From assembly GCA_040752555.1 (NCBI GenBank), contig JBFMGT010000001.1, positions 402,352-466,351 on the forward strand: a DNA stretch of 64,000 nucleotides, in the 5' to 3' direction. The stretch is from Actinomycetota bacterium. GTDB taxonomy: Bacteria > Actinomycetota > Actinomycetes > Mycobacteriales > Mycobacteriaceae. The position numbers and the translations under genes are program-made. Position 1 is the stretch's first letter, and each line of letters begins with the position of its first letter. This document shows, piece by piece, positions 48,083 to 60,153 of the stretch. The notes below the pieces were generated by a model. That model ran no database searches, had not been told where the DNA came from, and saw only the letters and a program-made list of their open reading frames with translations.

Positions 48083-50931
48083 CCGAGCCGACCACCCGCC
48101 GCGCGCGGATCCCGCGCTTCCTCCGCTTGTTCTGTGTTCCCGTCCTACTGGGATGGCTCGCGCTGACGGCGCTTCTCAACGTCATCGTCCCGCAGTTGGA
48201 AGTGGTGGGCGCCGCCAACTCCGCGTCGATCACCCCGACGGACGCACCCTCACTCCAAGCCACCCAGCTGGTCGGAAAACTGTTCGGAGAGTACGACTCC
48301 AACAGCTCGGCCATGATCGTCTTGGAAAGCGACACTCCTCTCGGCGCCGAGGCGCACAGATACTACGACGGCCTGATCGCCGACCTGAGAAAAGACACCA
48401 CCCACGTCGAACACATCCAAGATCTCTGGGGCGATCCACTCACGTCCTCGGGATCGCAGTCTGCCGACAACCTCTCCGCCTATGTGCAGCTCTACATCGC
48501 CGGAGACCAGGGTGAGACGCTCGCGAACGATTCGGTCAAGGCAGTGCGCGACATCGTGGCGGCTCATCCACCGCCGCCGGGTCTGCGCGTCTACGTCACC
48601 GGTGCCGGGCCGCTGAGCTCAGACCAGCAACATGCCGGCGACAAGAGTCTGCAGCTCGTCACCGCGGTGACCTTTCTTGTCATCATCACCATGCTGCTGA
48701 TCGTCTACCGGTCCATCGTGACCGTGCTGATCGTGCTCCTGACGGTGGTGCTCGAGCTGTTGGTCGCCCGCGGCGTCGTCGCGTTCCTGGGGTGGCATCA
48801 CCTCATCGAGCTGTCGACCTTCGCGGTGAACCTGTTGACACTGCTGGCGATCGCCGCCGCCACCGACTACGCCATCTTCCTGGTCGGCCGCTATCACGAA
48901 GCGCGGAGCCTCGGCGAAGACCGCGAAAAAGCCTTCTACACCATGTATCACGGCACCGGACACGTGATCCTCGGATCCGGACTGACGATCGCCGGGGCCA
49001 CCCTGTGCCTGCATTTCACCCGGCTGCCGTACTTCCAGACACTCGGTGTGCCGCTGGCCATCGGGATGTTCGTCATCACCGCGGCGGCACTGACGATGGC
49101 ACCGGCCATCATCACCATGGCCTCCCGGTTCGGACTGCTCGAGCCCAAAAGGGCCCAACGGACTCGTGGATGGCGCCGGATCGGGACGGCGGTCGTTCGG
49201 TGGCCCGGGCCCATCCTCGTGGCGTCGATCGCGGTCGTGATGGTCGGGCTGCTCGCTCTGCCGTCCTACAAAACCAGCTACGACGACAAGAAGTATCTGC
49301 CGGCCAGCGTCGAAGCCAATGTCGGGTATCAGGTTGCGAGCAAACACTTCCCGCAGGCTCGGCTCAACCCCGAGGTGCTGATGCTGGTCGCCGACCACGA
49401 TCTGCGGAACTCGACCGACATGCTCATCGTGGACCGGGTCGCCAAGGAGGTCTTCCACCTACCCGGGATCGCGCGGGTACAGACGATCACGCGTCCGCTC
49501 GGGACGCCGATCGAAGGCTCCTCGATCCCGTACATCGTCGGACAGCAGGGCGTGAACCAGAAGCTGACGCAGTCCTACGCCGAGGCGCGCACCGCCGACC
49601 TGCTGACCCAAGCCAACGACATCAACAAGCAGATCGATGTGCTCCGTCAACAGTTGACTCTGCAGACGGAAAGTGCGAACGCGCAGCAGGAGCAGTCCGA
49701 CGTCCTCAAACAGACGGTGGCGGTCACCAACGAATTGCGCGACAAGATAGCCAATTTCGACGACTTCCTGCGGCCCATCAGGAACTACTTCTATTGGGAA
49801 CCGCATTGCTACGACATCCCCGCCTGCTATGCCCTGCGCTCGATCTTCGACGCCCTGGACGGCATCGACCAGCTCTCCGATCTGCTGGCCGAGACGACGA
49901 TCAGCCTCGACAAGATCAACGCCCTACAGCCCAAGCTGCTGGCACTGCTCCCGCCGCAGATCGCCAGCCAGGAACGCAACCGCGATCAGATCATGACGAA
50001 CTACGCGACGCAGAAGGCGCAGCAGGATCTGCAGGACCGCCAGCAGTCGGACCCCAACGCCATCGGCCGGGCGTTCAACCAGTCGAAGATCGACGACTCC
50101 TTCTACCTGCCGCCCGAGGTGTTCGAGAACCCCGATTTCAAACGCGGACTCAAGCAATTCGTCTCGCCCGACGGCAAAGCGGTCCGGTTCATCATCTCCC
50201 ACCAGGGGGATCCCGCGACACCGGAGGGCATCTCACACGTCGAGCAGATCAAGAACGCGGCATTCGAAGCGATCAAAGGCACGCCGCTGGAGACCTCGAA
50301 GATCTACCTGGGCGGGACCGCCGCGACATACAAGGACATGCGCGACGGCTCGAACTACGACCTGATCATCGCCGCGATCTCGGCGATCTGCCTGATCTTC
50401 ATCATCATGCTGCTCATCACCCGCGCGGTGATCGCCTCAGTGGTGATCGTCGGCACCGTGGTGTTGTCCCTGGCCGCGTCGTTCGGACTGGCAGTCCTGT
50501 TGTGGCAGCACATCGTTGGTGTGGAGCTGCACTGGATGGTCCTGGCGATGTCGATCATCATCCTGCTCGCCGTGGGGTCGGACTACAACCTGCTGCTGGT
50601 CGCGCGGTTCAAGGAAGAACGCGACGCCGGGCTCAACACCGGCATCATCCGCGCGATTGCCGGCAGCGGCAGCGTGGTGACGTCAGCCGGTCTGGTGTTC
50701 GCGTTCACGATGATGACGTTCGCGATCAGTGATCTGAAGATCATGGCTCAGGTCGGCACCACGATCGGCCTCGGCCTGCTGGTGGACACCCTGGTGATCC
50801 GATCGTTCATGACACCGTCCATCGCAGCGCTGATGGGCCGGTGGTTCTGGTGGCCGCAGGTGATCCGTACGCGGCCGGCGCGGCAAACCAGGTCGGTGTT
50901 GCCTGCGGCGCCGGCTTCGCCAGGGGGATGA
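48079..50931 (+). CDS. mmpL: MmpL family RND transporter (MmpL4/5-like)
   Basis: [33 protein letters not shown]. Confidence 0.95.
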   Translation: MTEPTTRRARIPRFLRLFCVPVLLGWLALTALLNVIVPQLEVVGAANSASITPTDAPSLQATQLVGKLFGEYDSNSSAMIVLESDTPLGAEAHRYYDGLIADLRKDTTHVEHIQDLWGDPLTSSGSQSADNLSAYVQLYIAGDQGETLANDSVKAVRDIVAAHPPPPGLRVYVTGAGPLSSDQQHAGDKSLQLVTAVTFLVIITMLLIVYRSIVTVLIVLLTVVLELLVARGVVAFLGWHHLIELSTFAVNLLTLLAIAAATDYAIFLVGRYHEARSLGEDREKAFYTMYHGTGHVILGSGLTIAGATLCLHFTRLPYFQTLGVPLAIGMFVITAAALTMAPAIITMASRFGLLEPKRAQRTRGWRRIGTAVVRWPGPILVASIAVVMVGLLALPSYKTSYDDKKYLPASVEANVGYQVASKHFPQARLNPEVLMLVADHDLRNSTDMLIVDRVAKEVFHLPGIARVQTITRPLGTPIEGSSIPYIVGQQGVNQKLTQSYAEARTADLLTQANDINKQIDVLRQQLTLQTESANAQQEQSDVLKQTVAVTNELRDKIANFDDFLRPIRNYFYWEPHCYDIPACYALRSIFDALDGIDQLSDLLAETTISLDKINALQPKLLALLPPQIASQERNRDQIMTNYATQKAQQDLQDRQQSDPNAIGRAFNQSKIDDSFYLPPEVFENPDFKRGLKQFVSPDGKAVRFIISHQGDPATPEGISHVEQIKNAAFEAIKGTPLETSKIYLGGTAATYKDMRDGSNYDLIIAAISAICLIFIIMLLITRAVIASVVIVGTVVLSLAASFGLAVLLWQHIVGVELHWMVLAMSIIILLAVGSDYNLLLVARFKEERDAGLNTGIIRAIAGSGSVVTSAGLVFAFTMMTFAISDLKIMAQVGTTIGLGLLVDTLVIRSFMTPSIAALMGRWFWWPQVIRTRPARQTRSVLPAAPASPGG

Positions 50932-50989
50932 GCCAAAAAGCGAAACTTCGAGTCATTTCGACCGCAGTGGCGCCGGTGGGGAGTTAGCG

Positions 50990-51244
50990 TTGCGCGCTGT
51001 GAGCAAATGGAGTGCGGCGTTGGTTGTGTGCGCTGGTCTGACGACGTTCATCCCGGCGCCCATCGCGCAGGGCGCGGAGTGCGACCCGAACTACACCGGG
51101 GCCTGTGTGCCGATCGCCAGCGACGTCGACTGCGCCGGCGGGAGCGGGAACGGGCCGGCCTACGTCCAGGGACCCGTCACGGTCGTCGGTACCGACATCT
51201 ACGACCTCGATCGGGACGGCAACGGTACCGGCTGCGAGTCCTAG
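50990..51244 (+). CDS. Small secreted protein with Excalibur-like Ca-binding motif
   Basis: Signal peptide; CDPNY...C...DVDC...DLDRDGNGTGCE. Confidence 0.75.
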   Translation: MRAVSKWSAALVVCAGLTTFIPAPIAQGAECDPNYTGACVPIASDVDCAGGSGNGPAYVQGPVTVVGTDIYDLDRDGNGTGCES

Positions 51245-51432
51245 GCGTGCGGGTCGTTGGTGACCTGACCGTCGGGTGTGACGTGCACGGTGCCGTCCTC
51301 GTGGGCTCCGGGCAGATCCGGCATCTCGTGACGGCCACCGGCCGACCGGCGACGCGCCGACCACATCACTGCCCCGACCGCCGATAGCGCCGCGGTCGCG
51401 ATCGGCCACACCAGCCGAGACCTGTTGCCCAT
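51241..51432 (-). CDS. Small membrane-anchored protein
   Basis: MGNRSRLVWPIATAALSAVGAVMWSARRR...; SigF-like promoter upstream. Confidence 0.55.
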   Translation of the reverse strand: MGNRSRLVWPIATAALSAVGAVMWSARRRSAGGRHEMPDLPGAHEDGTVHVTPDGQVTNDPHA

Positions 51433-51442
51433 GCGCCCAGGT

Positions 51443-51469
51443 ATGCCCACACAAAGCCGTCGGGAAACC
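51443..51469 (-). promoter_or_regulatory. SigF-like promoter GGTTT-N16-GGGCAT
   Basis: Near match to the mycobacterial SigF consensus. Confidence 0.45.
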
Positions 51470-51714
51470 GGGTCGGCGGGAGCCTGCGGAGTGCCCTGCC
51501 CTGCAACACCTTTCCTTCGGCATCGACAGGCGTGAACCACGCCACCGGATGACCCAGGGGAACCGCTGCCCGCGCAGGGACAGAAGTATCCGCCGTCGGA
51601 CAGTCGCTGGGATCTCGGAGTCCCCATGTACTCCATGTGGTTGTTCCACCCGAGCGTGCACATGCGTAGTGAGGTACTCGAGTGTCGAGCACGAGGCCGG
51701 GCTACCGTTGCGGG

Positions 51715-52665
51715 ATGACATCTCCGCGCGTGGCTGTGCTCGGAGCCGGGCTGTCCGGGGCGGCCTGCGCCCAGGCGCTGCGCGCGGGGGGCGTCGCCGC
51801 CGAGATCTTCGAGCGGGGTCGCGGCCCCGGCGGCCGCATGGCCTCGCCGACCGTGCAGGGGCGCCGGGTCGACGTCGGAGCCGCGTACTTCACCGTCAAG
51901 GAGCCGGCCTTCGGCGCCGTCGTCGACGACTGGGTGCGCCGTGGACTGGTGAAGCCGTGGACCGACACCTTCGACGTGCTCTCACCCGACGGTCGGGACA
52001 GTACCGCCGGCCCGATGCGCTTCGCGGCCGGCGGGGGCCTGCGTTCCCTGGTCGATGATCTGCTGGCCGGCCAGGCTCGCTACGAAGCACAGGTCGACTC
52101 CCTCGACGGGCTGACCCACGATGCGGTGGTGTTGGCGATGCCGGACCCGCAGGCCGCGCGTCTCGCTCCCGCGCCGCCCGATGACTGGGTGGCTTATGAC
52201 CCGGTGATCGCCGTCGCCGCGGGCTGGCCCCAGCACTGCTGGTCCCTCGCAGATGCCGCGTTCGTCAATGACGATCCCGACGTGTCGTTCCTCGCCGACG
52301 ACGGGTCTCGTCGCGGCGACGGCGCCCCGGTGCTCGTCGCGCATAGCACAGCGGACCGGGCGCGAGAGCATCTCACCGATCCTGAGCAGGCGGTGGCCCC
52401 AGTGCTGGCCGCGATGCGCCGGTTGCTCGGCATCGCACGCGAGCCGTCCTGGACCCACGTGCACCGCTGGACCTTCGCCAAACCCGCAGGCACCCACGGG
52501 GATGCGGAGTTCGGCCTCGACACCACCGACCGCCCTCTGGGACTGTGCGGGGATGCGTGGTGCCCGTCGGGCGCACCACGCGTGGAGGCGGCGTGGCTCT
52601 CCGGACAGCGGCTGGGTGCCGCCCTCGCGGCGCATCTCACGGAAGGAATGGCACAACGGTCATGA
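51715..52665 (+). CDS. Renalase-like NAD(P)/FAD-dependent oxidoreductase
   Basis: VLGAGLSG, FERGRGPGGRM, DVGAAYF, HRWTFAKP, CGDAW. Confidence 0.88.
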   Translation: MTSPRVAVLGAGLSGAACAQALRAGGVAAEIFERGRGPGGRMASPTVQGRRVDVGAAYFTVKEPAFGAVVDDWVRRGLVKPWTDTFDVLSPDGRDSTAGPMRFAAGGGLRSLVDDLLAGQARYEAQVDSLDGLTHDAVVLAMPDPQAARLAPAPPDDWVAYDPVIAVAAGWPQHCWSLADAAFVNDDPDVSFLADDGSRRGDGAPVLVAHSTADRAREHLTDPEQAVAPVLAAMRRLLGIAREPSWTHVHRWTFAKPAGTHGDAEFGLDTTDRPLGLCGDAWCPSGAPRVEAAWLSGQRLGAALAAHLTEGMAQRS

Positions 52666-53642
52666 AAGTCACTGAACTGTGGCGTTTCCCGGTCAAATCC
52701 ATGGGCGGGAACCGAGTCGATGAACTGCGCCTCGACGAGCGGGGCGCCCACGCCGACCGGCTGTGGGCGGTGCGCGACGTGGAGAAGGGAGTCACCGCGT
52801 CAGCGCGCAGGATGCCCGCCCTGCTTCAGTGCTCGGCGCGCTACGCCACCGAACCCGGACCGGACGCCGGGCCCGGAAGAGTCCCTGCCGTGGTGATCAC
52901 GCTGCCCGACGGAGGGGAGATCAGCAGTGACGACCCGGCAGTGCACACCGCGCTCAGTGAATTGGTGGGCCGAGAGGTACGACTCACGGCGCTGCCTGCG
53001 GTCAACGACACCAGCGCGCACCGGATGTCGCTGCAGGCCTCCCTGGGCAACTTCGCCGAAGACCAGGTCCGTCGCGACTTCGGCCTGGGGGACACCGACG
53101 AACTGCCGGACACCTCTGTGTTCACGACGCGTCAAATGATCACGCTGGCACGGTATTCCACCCCGCCGGGCACCTTCGTCGACCTCAGCCCGGTGCACGT
53201 GCTGAGCACCGCGAGCCTGCGAAGCCTGTCAGAGGGGGACACCCCGTACGATGTCCGGCGCTTCCGGCCCAACGTGTTGGTCGACCTCGACAGCCCCGAC
53301 CCGTTCCCCGAGTCTGCCTGGGTCGGCGGTGAAGTCCATCTGGGCACCGTCGTACTCGCGGTGACCAACCCGACCATTCGTTGTGTGGTGGGAACGCGAC
53401 CCCAACCCGGCCTGGAGAAGGATCTGTCGGTGACGCGGCGGTTGGCCGAGATGACCAACCGGTTCCTCGGCATCTACGCCGACGTCGTCACCGCGGGCAC
53501 GGTCCGCGTCGGTGACGACGTGACCGTCTATCTGCCACCGCCGCCGAACGTCGTCGAACGGACGGCTGCTGCCGTCGGTAAGTCGGCCACCCGCCGTCTG
53601 CAGAAACTGCTCGAGGCGACGGTGTTGCGCATCGCCAAGTGA
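52662..53642 (+). CDS. MOSC domain protein
   Basis: LWRFPVKSMGG, DRLWA, RRFRPN, RC. Confidence 0.9.
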   Translation: MKVTELWRFPVKSMGGNRVDELRLDERGAHADRLWAVRDVEKGVTASARRMPALLQCSARYATEPGPDAGPGRVPAVVITLPDGGEISSDDPAVHTALSELVGREVRLTALPAVNDTSAHRMSLQASLGNFAEDQVRRDFGLGDTDELPDTSVFTTRQMITLARYSTPPGTFVDLSPVHVLSTASLRSLSEGDTPYDVRRFRPNVLVDLDSPDPFPESAWVGGEVHLGTVVLAVTNPTIRCVVGTRPQPGLEKDLSVTRRLAEMTNRFLGIYADVVTAGTVRVGDDVTVYLPPPPNVVERTAAAVGKSATRRLQKLLEATVLRIAK

Positions 53643-53646
53643 GGGC

Positions 53647-54585
53647 TCAGCCGCCCCGCTCGGAGTGCCGCAGATGGTCGGCTTGGCTCACCCAGCCCGA
53701 CGGGACGTCGACCGACAACGCGAGATGGACGAACCGGCCCACCGCCGCGGTGGTCGCCCGGATCGGGCACCACTGCAACGTGTAGGGAATGAACCGCTCG
53801 GGTTGCAGCGGTTTCAGCACGACGCCGGGCGCCACCCCGGCCACCGCGACCGTGGTCAACGTCCAGTCCACCTCCCGCTGGTCGGGCCACCGATGGGCCG
53901 ACAGGTCGATGTCGGTCAATTCGGCTGTGGGCGGCGCGATCCCGGCATCGTCGAGGACCTGCTGCAGGGCCAGCGACCACGCCGGGAACAGCGTCTCGCT
54001 GTGCGCGCCCAGCGTCTCTGCGGCCAGCTCCGACAGGTTCACCGCCGGCACGCCGGCTAGGGGGTGGCCGGTGCGCAGGCCGACCACCACCGGTTCGGCG
54101 CAGAACACCTCGCTGAGGATGCCGGGCGGATTCGTCACCGGTCCGCAGGTGATGGCGACGTCGAGCGCGCCCGCGCCGATGGCCTGCTGCAGGTCGGGCA
54201 GCCACATCCGCTGCACCGCGAGCTCGACCTCGGGCGCTGCCCGGTGCAGCGCCCGCGCCAGATGGGGCATCAGCATCGGTGCTGCGGGCGGCGTGATGCC
54301 CACCCGGACGGTGCCGGTGTCCCCGTCGATGAGCCGGCGCACCGCCGCTGCGGCGCCCTCGACGTCGTCGAGGATGCTGACCGCGCGACCGAACAGCTCG
54401 GTGCCGGCCTGGGTCAGTGCCACCCGGCGTGTGGTCCTGGTCAGCAGCGACGTGCCGACCTCCCGCTCGAGGCGGCGGACCAACTCACTCAGCGTGGGCT
54501 GGGAGATGCGGAGTCTCTCTGCGGCCCGACTGAAGTGCAGCTCCCGCGCCACCGCGACGAACGCCTCCAGCTGGCGCAATTCCAC
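53647..54585 (-). CDS. LysR family regulator
   Basis: MELRQLEAF...HFSRAAERL.ISQPTLS. Confidence 0.95.
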   Translation of the reverse strand: MELRQLEAFVAVARELHFSRAAERLRISQPTLSELVRRLEREVGTSLLTRTTRRVALTQAGTELFGRAVSILDDVEGAAAAVRRLIDGDTGTVRVGITPPAAPMLMPHLARALHRAAPEVELAVQRMWLPDLQQAIGAGALDVAITCGPVTNPPGILSEVFCAEPVVVGLRTGHPLAGVPAVNLSELAAETLGAHSETLFPAWSLALQQVLDDAGIAPPTAELTDIDLSAHRWPDQREVDWTLTTVAVAGVAPGVVLKPLQPERFIPYTLQWCPIRATTAAVGRFVHLALSVDVPSGWVSQADHLRHSERGG

Positions 54586-54673
54586 CCGTCGATCTTAAGG
54601 CCGCGCCGGCGATTGATCAGCCATCCCGATGAGTGCGATCCGAGATCCGATCTTGTTCGTCTAGGAGTGGGCC

Positions 54674-55567
54674 GTGCAGGCTGAGTCGGTGTCCGACACC
54701 ATCACCCGCCACCACACCGTGACCATCGACGGGCTCGACGTCTTCTATCGGGAGGCCGGCGACCCGACCCGGCCGACAGTGCTGCTCCTGCACGGGTTTC
54801 CGTCCAGCTCGCATATGTTCCGCAACCTGATCGCCGCGCTGGCCGACGACTACCACCTCGTGGCACCCGATCACATCGGCTTCGGGCAGTCCGCGATGCC
54901 CTCGGTGAACCAGTTCACCTACAGCTTCGACCGGCTCACCGAGATCACCGAGAAGCTGATCGAGCACCTGGGCCTCGAGCGGTTCGCGATCTACATCCAC
55001 GACTACGGCGCCCCGATCGGGCTGCGGATCGCCCATGCGCGGCCCGAACGCATCACCGCGATCATCAGCCAGAGCGGCAACGCCTATGTCGAGGGCTTCA
55101 CCCCGTTCTGGGACCGCCTCTTCGCCCACGCGAAAGACCGCGCCGCCCATGAGGATTCCGTGCGGGAGTACTTCACCGCCGAGACCACCCGATGGCAGTA
55201 CACCCACGGCGTGCCCGCCGATCGGCTCGACCGCATCGCGCCGGAGACCTGGCAGCTCGACCAGACCGGTCTCGACCGCAAGGGCAACGACGCGATCCAG
55301 CTGCAGTTGTTCTGGGATTACCAGTTCAACCTGGACGGATACCCGGGCTTCCAGGAGTACTTCCGCACCCATCAGCCCCCGTTGCTCGTCACCTGGGGTC
55401 GCAACGACGAGATCTTCGGCGCCGCGGGAGCAGAAGCGTTCAAACGGGACCTGCCCGACGGCGAGTACCACCTGCTCGACACCGGGCACTTCGCGTTGGA
55501 AACCCACGGTGACGAGATCGCCGGCTACATCCGGGACTTCCTCGGACGGAAAGTGGTCCAGCAGTGA
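54674..55567 (+). CDS. Alpha/beta hydrolase (epoxide hydrolase/dehalogenase-like, Asp nucleophile)
   Basis: LHGFPSS, HDYGAP, TGHFALE. Confidence 0.9.
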   Translation: MQAESVSDTITRHHTVTIDGLDVFYREAGDPTRPTVLLLHGFPSSSHMFRNLIAALADDYHLVAPDHIGFGQSAMPSVNQFTYSFDRLTEITEKLIEHLGLERFAIYIHDYGAPIGLRIAHARPERITAIISQSGNAYVEGFTPFWDRLFAHAKDRAAHEDSVREYFTAETTRWQYTHGVPADRLDRIAPETWQLDQTGLDRKGNDAIQLQLFWDYQFNLDGYPGFQEYFRTHQPPLLVTWGRNDEIFGAAGAEAFKRDLPDGEYHLLDTGHFALETHGDEIAGYIRDFLGRKVVQQ

Positions 55568-56229
55568 ACTACGCCGCCGCCGACACCGCGGTGGTCGTGA
55601 TCGACCCGCAGAACGACGTGCTCAGCCCACGCGGCAAGAACTGGGAACTGTTGCGCGCCAGCGTCACCGAAAACGAGACCGTCGAGCACCTGGTCGAGCT
55701 GCTCACCGCCGCGCACGACGGTGGCTACGGCGTGTTCGTCTCGCCGCACTACTTCTATCCCACCGACCACCGGTGGCTGTTCAACGGACCACTGGAAACC
55801 GATGAGCTGCGCACCGACACCTTCGCCCGGCGCGGCCCGCTGACCCTCGACGGATTCGCCGGCTCGGGCGCGGACTGGTTGCCCGCGCTCGCCCCGTTCA
55901 TCGACCACCCCGGCACCGTCGTGGCGAGCCCGCACAAAGTGTGGGGACCGCAGACCAACGACCTGGTTCTGCAGTTACGCAAACGCAGGGTGAGCACGGT
56001 GGTGCTGTGCGGGATGCTGGCGAACATCTGCGTCGAATCGCACCTGCGGGACCTGCTCGAGCAGGGCTTCGAGGTGGTGGTGGTCAAAGATGCCACCGCA
56101 GGGCCCCGGCATCCGGTGTTCGGCGACGGCTACCAGGCAGCACTGATCAACTACGCGTTCCTCGCCCACGAACTCGCGACGACGAATGACGTGGTCACCG
56201 CGATGACCCAGGAAGGTGCACGACCATGA
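55564..56229 (+). CDS. Isochorismatase-family cysteine hydrolase
   Basis: [14 protein letters not shown]. Confidence 0.85.
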   Translation: MNYAAADTAVVVIDPQNDVLSPRGKNWELLRASVTENETVEHLVELLTAAHDGGYGVFVSPHYFYPTDHRWLFNGPLETDELRTDTFARRGPLTLDGFAGSGADWLPALAPFIDHPGTVVASPHKVWGPQTNDLVLQLRKRRVSTVVLCGMLANICVESHLRDLLEQGFEVVVVKDATAGPRHPVFGDGYQAALINYAFLAHELATTNDVVTAMTQEGARP

Positions 56230-56687
56230 CCGAATCCCGGCCACCGTTTCCACCGTTCGATCTGACCACCGCACTGCAGAAGGTGCAGGCCGCCGAAGAC
56301 GCGTGGAACACCCGCGATCCGCACCGGGTCAGCCTCGCCTACACCGAGGACAGCGTCTGGCGCAACCGCGACCAATTCGTCACCGGGCGGGCACAGATCG
56401 TCGAGTTCCTCACGGCCAAGTGGGAGCGCGAACTCGACTACGCACTGCGGAAGAGCCTGTGGGGATTCCGCAACAACCGCATCGGCGTCCGCTTCCAGTA
56501 CGAGTGCCGCGACGCGTCAGGGCAGTGGTGGCGCAGCTACGGCAACGAACTGTGGGAGTTCGACGAGCGCGGGCTGATGCGTCGGCGCGAGGCGAGCATC
56601 AACGACGTCGCGATCGACGAGTCGCAGCGGCGCTACTTCGGCCCGCGCCCCGAGGCCGAACACGGCCACGAGATCCCGCTGCGGTGA
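56226..56687 (+). CDS. DUF1348 / NTF2-like protein
   Basis: [31 protein letters not shown]. Confidence 0.9.
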   Translation: MTESRPPFPPFDLTTALQKVQAAEDAWNTRDPHRVSLAYTEDSVWRNRDQFVTGRAQIVEFLTAKWERELDYALRKSLWGFRNNRIGVRFQYECRDASGQWWRSYGNELWEFDERGLMRRREASINDVAIDESQRRYFGPRPEAEHGHEIPLR

Positions 56688-57310
56688 GCAAGCACTACGG
56701 GTCGATCGCGTTCACCCCGAACGTGCGGTCGGTGCAGGAGGAGCGCGGAAGCGCCGCGTTCTACGGACGCAAAGCGGACGCGGGCGCGACAGCACCGGGA
56801 CCGGACCGGCTCACCGACGACGAGCGCGAGTACCTGGCTGAGCGGGACCATTTCTACCTGGCGTCGGTCGGTGAGACCGGGTGGCCCTACGTACAGTTCC
56901 GTGGCGGACCCACGGGATTCGTACGGGTGCTCGACGACCACTCTCTGGGATGGGCCGACTTCCGCGGCAACCTGCAGTACATCAGCACCGGCAACATGGC
57001 CGGTGAGGATCGCGTCGCGCTGATCTTCCTGGACTATGCCCATCGGCGGCGGCTGAAGATCTTCGGGCGCGCCCGCATCGTGACCGCCGAGGAGGACCCG
57101 CTGCTGGTGGGCTCATTGGCGGATCCTGCCTACGGTGCGGTCGTCGAACGCGCCGTCGTCGTCGACGTCGCGGCCTACGACTGGAATTGCCCGCAGCACA
57201 TCACCCCCCGCTACACGCTGCCCGAACTCGAAGACGCGCTGGAACCGATGCGGCGCAAGCTCGCCGCGCTGGAGGCGGAAAACGCCGAGTTGCGAGCGCA
57301 GCGAACCTGA
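56684..57310 (+). CDS. Pyridoxamine 5'-phosphate oxidase-like FMN-binding protein
   Basis: [27 protein letters not shown]. Confidence 0.88.
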   Translation: MSKHYGSIAFTPNVRSVQEERGSAAFYGRKADAGATAPGPDRLTDDEREYLAERDHFYLASVGETGWPYVQFRGGPTGFVRVLDDHSLGWADFRGNLQYISTGNMAGEDRVALIFLDYAHRRRLKIFGRARIVTAEEDPLLVGSLADPAYGAVVERAVVVDVAAYDWNCPQHITPRYTLPELEDALEPMRRKLAALEAENAELRAQRT

Positions 57311-57357
57311 CCGTGTCGGCCCGATAATCGGCTCGCGCGCCCCCCGTTGGGGCTAGC

Positions 57358-58890
57358 GTGTTCGCGAGATCATCACCGACAGGGAGGTTCAGCATGCGAG
57401 CCGGTTGGTCGGGACCCGCGGTCCCGCGCAGAGTCGCGCACAGCGCGCGATGGTGGGGCAGGCTCTTCTCGCTGATCGGGGTGCTGGCAGTCCTCGGAGT
57501 CGGTTCGACGCTGACGGTTCCGCACGGCCTCCCAGAAGCCAAGGCGCAGGGGCAGACCTACACGGTCGCGACCGACACCACGTTCGCGCCGTTCGAATTC
57601 CAGGACAAGAACGGCAATTTCGTCGGCATCGACATGGACCTGATCCGGGCGATCGCCAAGGACCAGGGCTTCACCGTCGACATCAAGCCACTGGGTTTCG
57701 ACGCCGCACTGCAGGCCGTGCAGGCCAACCAGGTCGACGGCGTCATCGCGGGCATGTCGATCACCGACGAACGGCGGAAGGTCTTCGACTTCTCCGACCC
57801 GTACTTCGAGTCCGGCATCCAGATGGCCGTGCTGAAGTCCAACGACGACATCACGTCCTATGAGGACCTCAAAGGCAAGCGGGTGGCGGTCAAGAACGGC
57901 ACCCAGGGCTCGGACTTCGCCAACTCGATCAAAGACAAGTACGGCTTCGAGGTGGTCTCGTTCGCCGACTCGTCGTCGATGTTCGACGAGGTGCGCACCG
58001 GTAACTCGGATGCGGTGTTCGAGGACTATCCGGTGCTGCTGTATGGCATCGCCCAGGGCAACGGCTTCAAAACGGTTACCCCGAAAGAAGATCCGACCGG
58101 CTACGGCTTCGCGGTCAACAAGGGGCAGAACGCCGAGCTGCTCGCCAAGTTCAACGAAGGCCTCAAGAACCTCAAGGCCTCCGGCGAATACGACAAGATC
58201 ATCAGCGCCTACCTCGGCGAAGAGGCCACCACCGACGACAACTCGTTGCTGGGCCTGATCAGGAGCACCTTCCCGCTTCTGCTCGAAGGCCTCAAGATGA
58301 CCATCATCCTGACCGTCGTCTCGATCTTCTTCGCGCTGATCCTCGGCGTCATCTTCGGGCTGTTCCGAGTGTCGCGGGCGATCTGGTTGCGTGCCATCGG
58401 AACCACGTTCGTCGACATCTTCCGCGGCACACCGCTGCTGGTGCAGGCGTTCTTCATCTACTTCGGCATCCCGTCGGCGCTTGGTTTCCAGATGTCGGCG
58501 CTCACCGCAGGCATCATCACGCTGTCGCTCAATGCCGGCGCCTACATGACCGAGATCGTGCGCGGCGGCATCCAATCCGTCGACAAGGGTCAGATGGAGG
58601 CCGCGCGCAGCCTGGGCATCGGCTATCTGCCCACCATGCGCAAGGTGATCCTGCCGCAGGCCATCCGCACGATGATCCCGTCCTACATCAACCAATTCGT
58701 CATCACGCTGAAGGACACGTCGATCCTGTCGGTGATCGGTATCGCCGAACTCACCCAGACGGGCCGGATCATCATCGCCGGCAACTACCAGTCGTTCAAC
58801 ATGTGGCTGATCATCGGCATCATCTACTTCATCGTGATCATGGCGCTGACCAAGCTCTCGGATCGACTCGAACGCAAGTTAGTCAAATAG
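57358..58890 (+). CDS. Polar amino acid ABC transporter, fused substrate-binding + permease (start uncertain)
   Basis: FAPFEF, GIDMDL; RGTPLLVQ, EIVRGGIQS...GQMEAARSLG. Confidence 0.93.
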   Translation: MFARSSPTGRFSMRAGWSGPAVPRRVAHSARWWGRLFSLIGVLAVLGVGSTLTVPHGLPEAKAQGQTYTVATDTTFAPFEFQDKNGNFVGIDMDLIRAIAKDQGFTVDIKPLGFDAALQAVQANQVDGVIAGMSITDERRKVFDFSDPYFESGIQMAVLKSNDDITSYEDLKGKRVAVKNGTQGSDFANSIKDKYGFEVVSFADSSSMFDEVRTGNSDAVFEDYPVLLYGIAQGNGFKTVTPKEDPTGYGFAVNKGQNAELLAKFNEGLKNLKASGEYDKIISAYLGEEATTDDNSLLGLIRSTFPLLLEGLKMTIILTVVSIFFALILGVIFGLFRVSRAIWLRAIGTTFVDIFRGTPLLVQAFFIYFGIPSALGFQMSALTAGIITLSLNAGAYMTEIVRGGIQSVDKGQMEAARSLGIGYLPTMRKVILPQAIRTMIPSYINQFVITLKDTSILSVIGIAELTQTGRIIIAGNYQSFNMWLIIGIIYFIVIMALTKLSDRLERKLVK

Positions 58891-58902
58891 GGGCATCGTG
58901 AA

Positions 58903-59673
<771 letters not shown>

Positions 59674-59724
59674 AAACGGGTCGGTCACCGGAATAGGGCC
59701 GGCTCGGTGGTGTTGACTGGTGGC

Positions 59725-60147
59725 ATGACCGAGCAACCAGAGCTGAGCCCGACCGACTGGGTCCGCGAGCAGACCCAACGCATTCTCGAGCAGGGCACCA
59801 CCGAAGGTGTCGAGATCATGGACCGACCCGTCGTGCTGTTCACGACGACCGGGGCGAAGTCCGGCCAGAAGCGCTACGTACCGCTGATGCGCGTCGAAGA
59901 GAACGGCAAATACGCGATGGTCGCGTCCAAGGGCGGCGACCCGAAGCACCCGTCGTGGTACCACAACGTCAAGGTCAACCCGGCCGTGACCGTGCAGGAC
60001 GGCGAAGAGATCCGCGAGATGACGGCCCGTGAACTGTCTGGCGACGAGCGGGAGCACTGGTGGTCACTCGCGGTCGAGGCGTACCCGCCGTATGCGGAGT
60101 ACCAGACCAAGACCGACCGGCAGATCCCGGTGTTCGTCGTCGAGTAG
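59725..60147 (+). CDS. Deazaflavin (F420)-dependent nitroreductase, Ddn family
   Basis: TTGAKSG, VASKGG.PKHP.WY.N, RQIPVFV. Confidence 0.92.
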   Translation: MTEQPELSPTDWVREQTQRILEQGTTEGVEIMDRPVVLFTTTGAKSGQKRYVPLMRVEENGKYAMVASKGGDPKHPSWYHNVKVNPAVTVQDGEEIREMTARELSGDEREHWWSLAVEAYPPYAEYQTKTDRQIPVFVVE

Positions 60148-60153
60148 CCGTCG

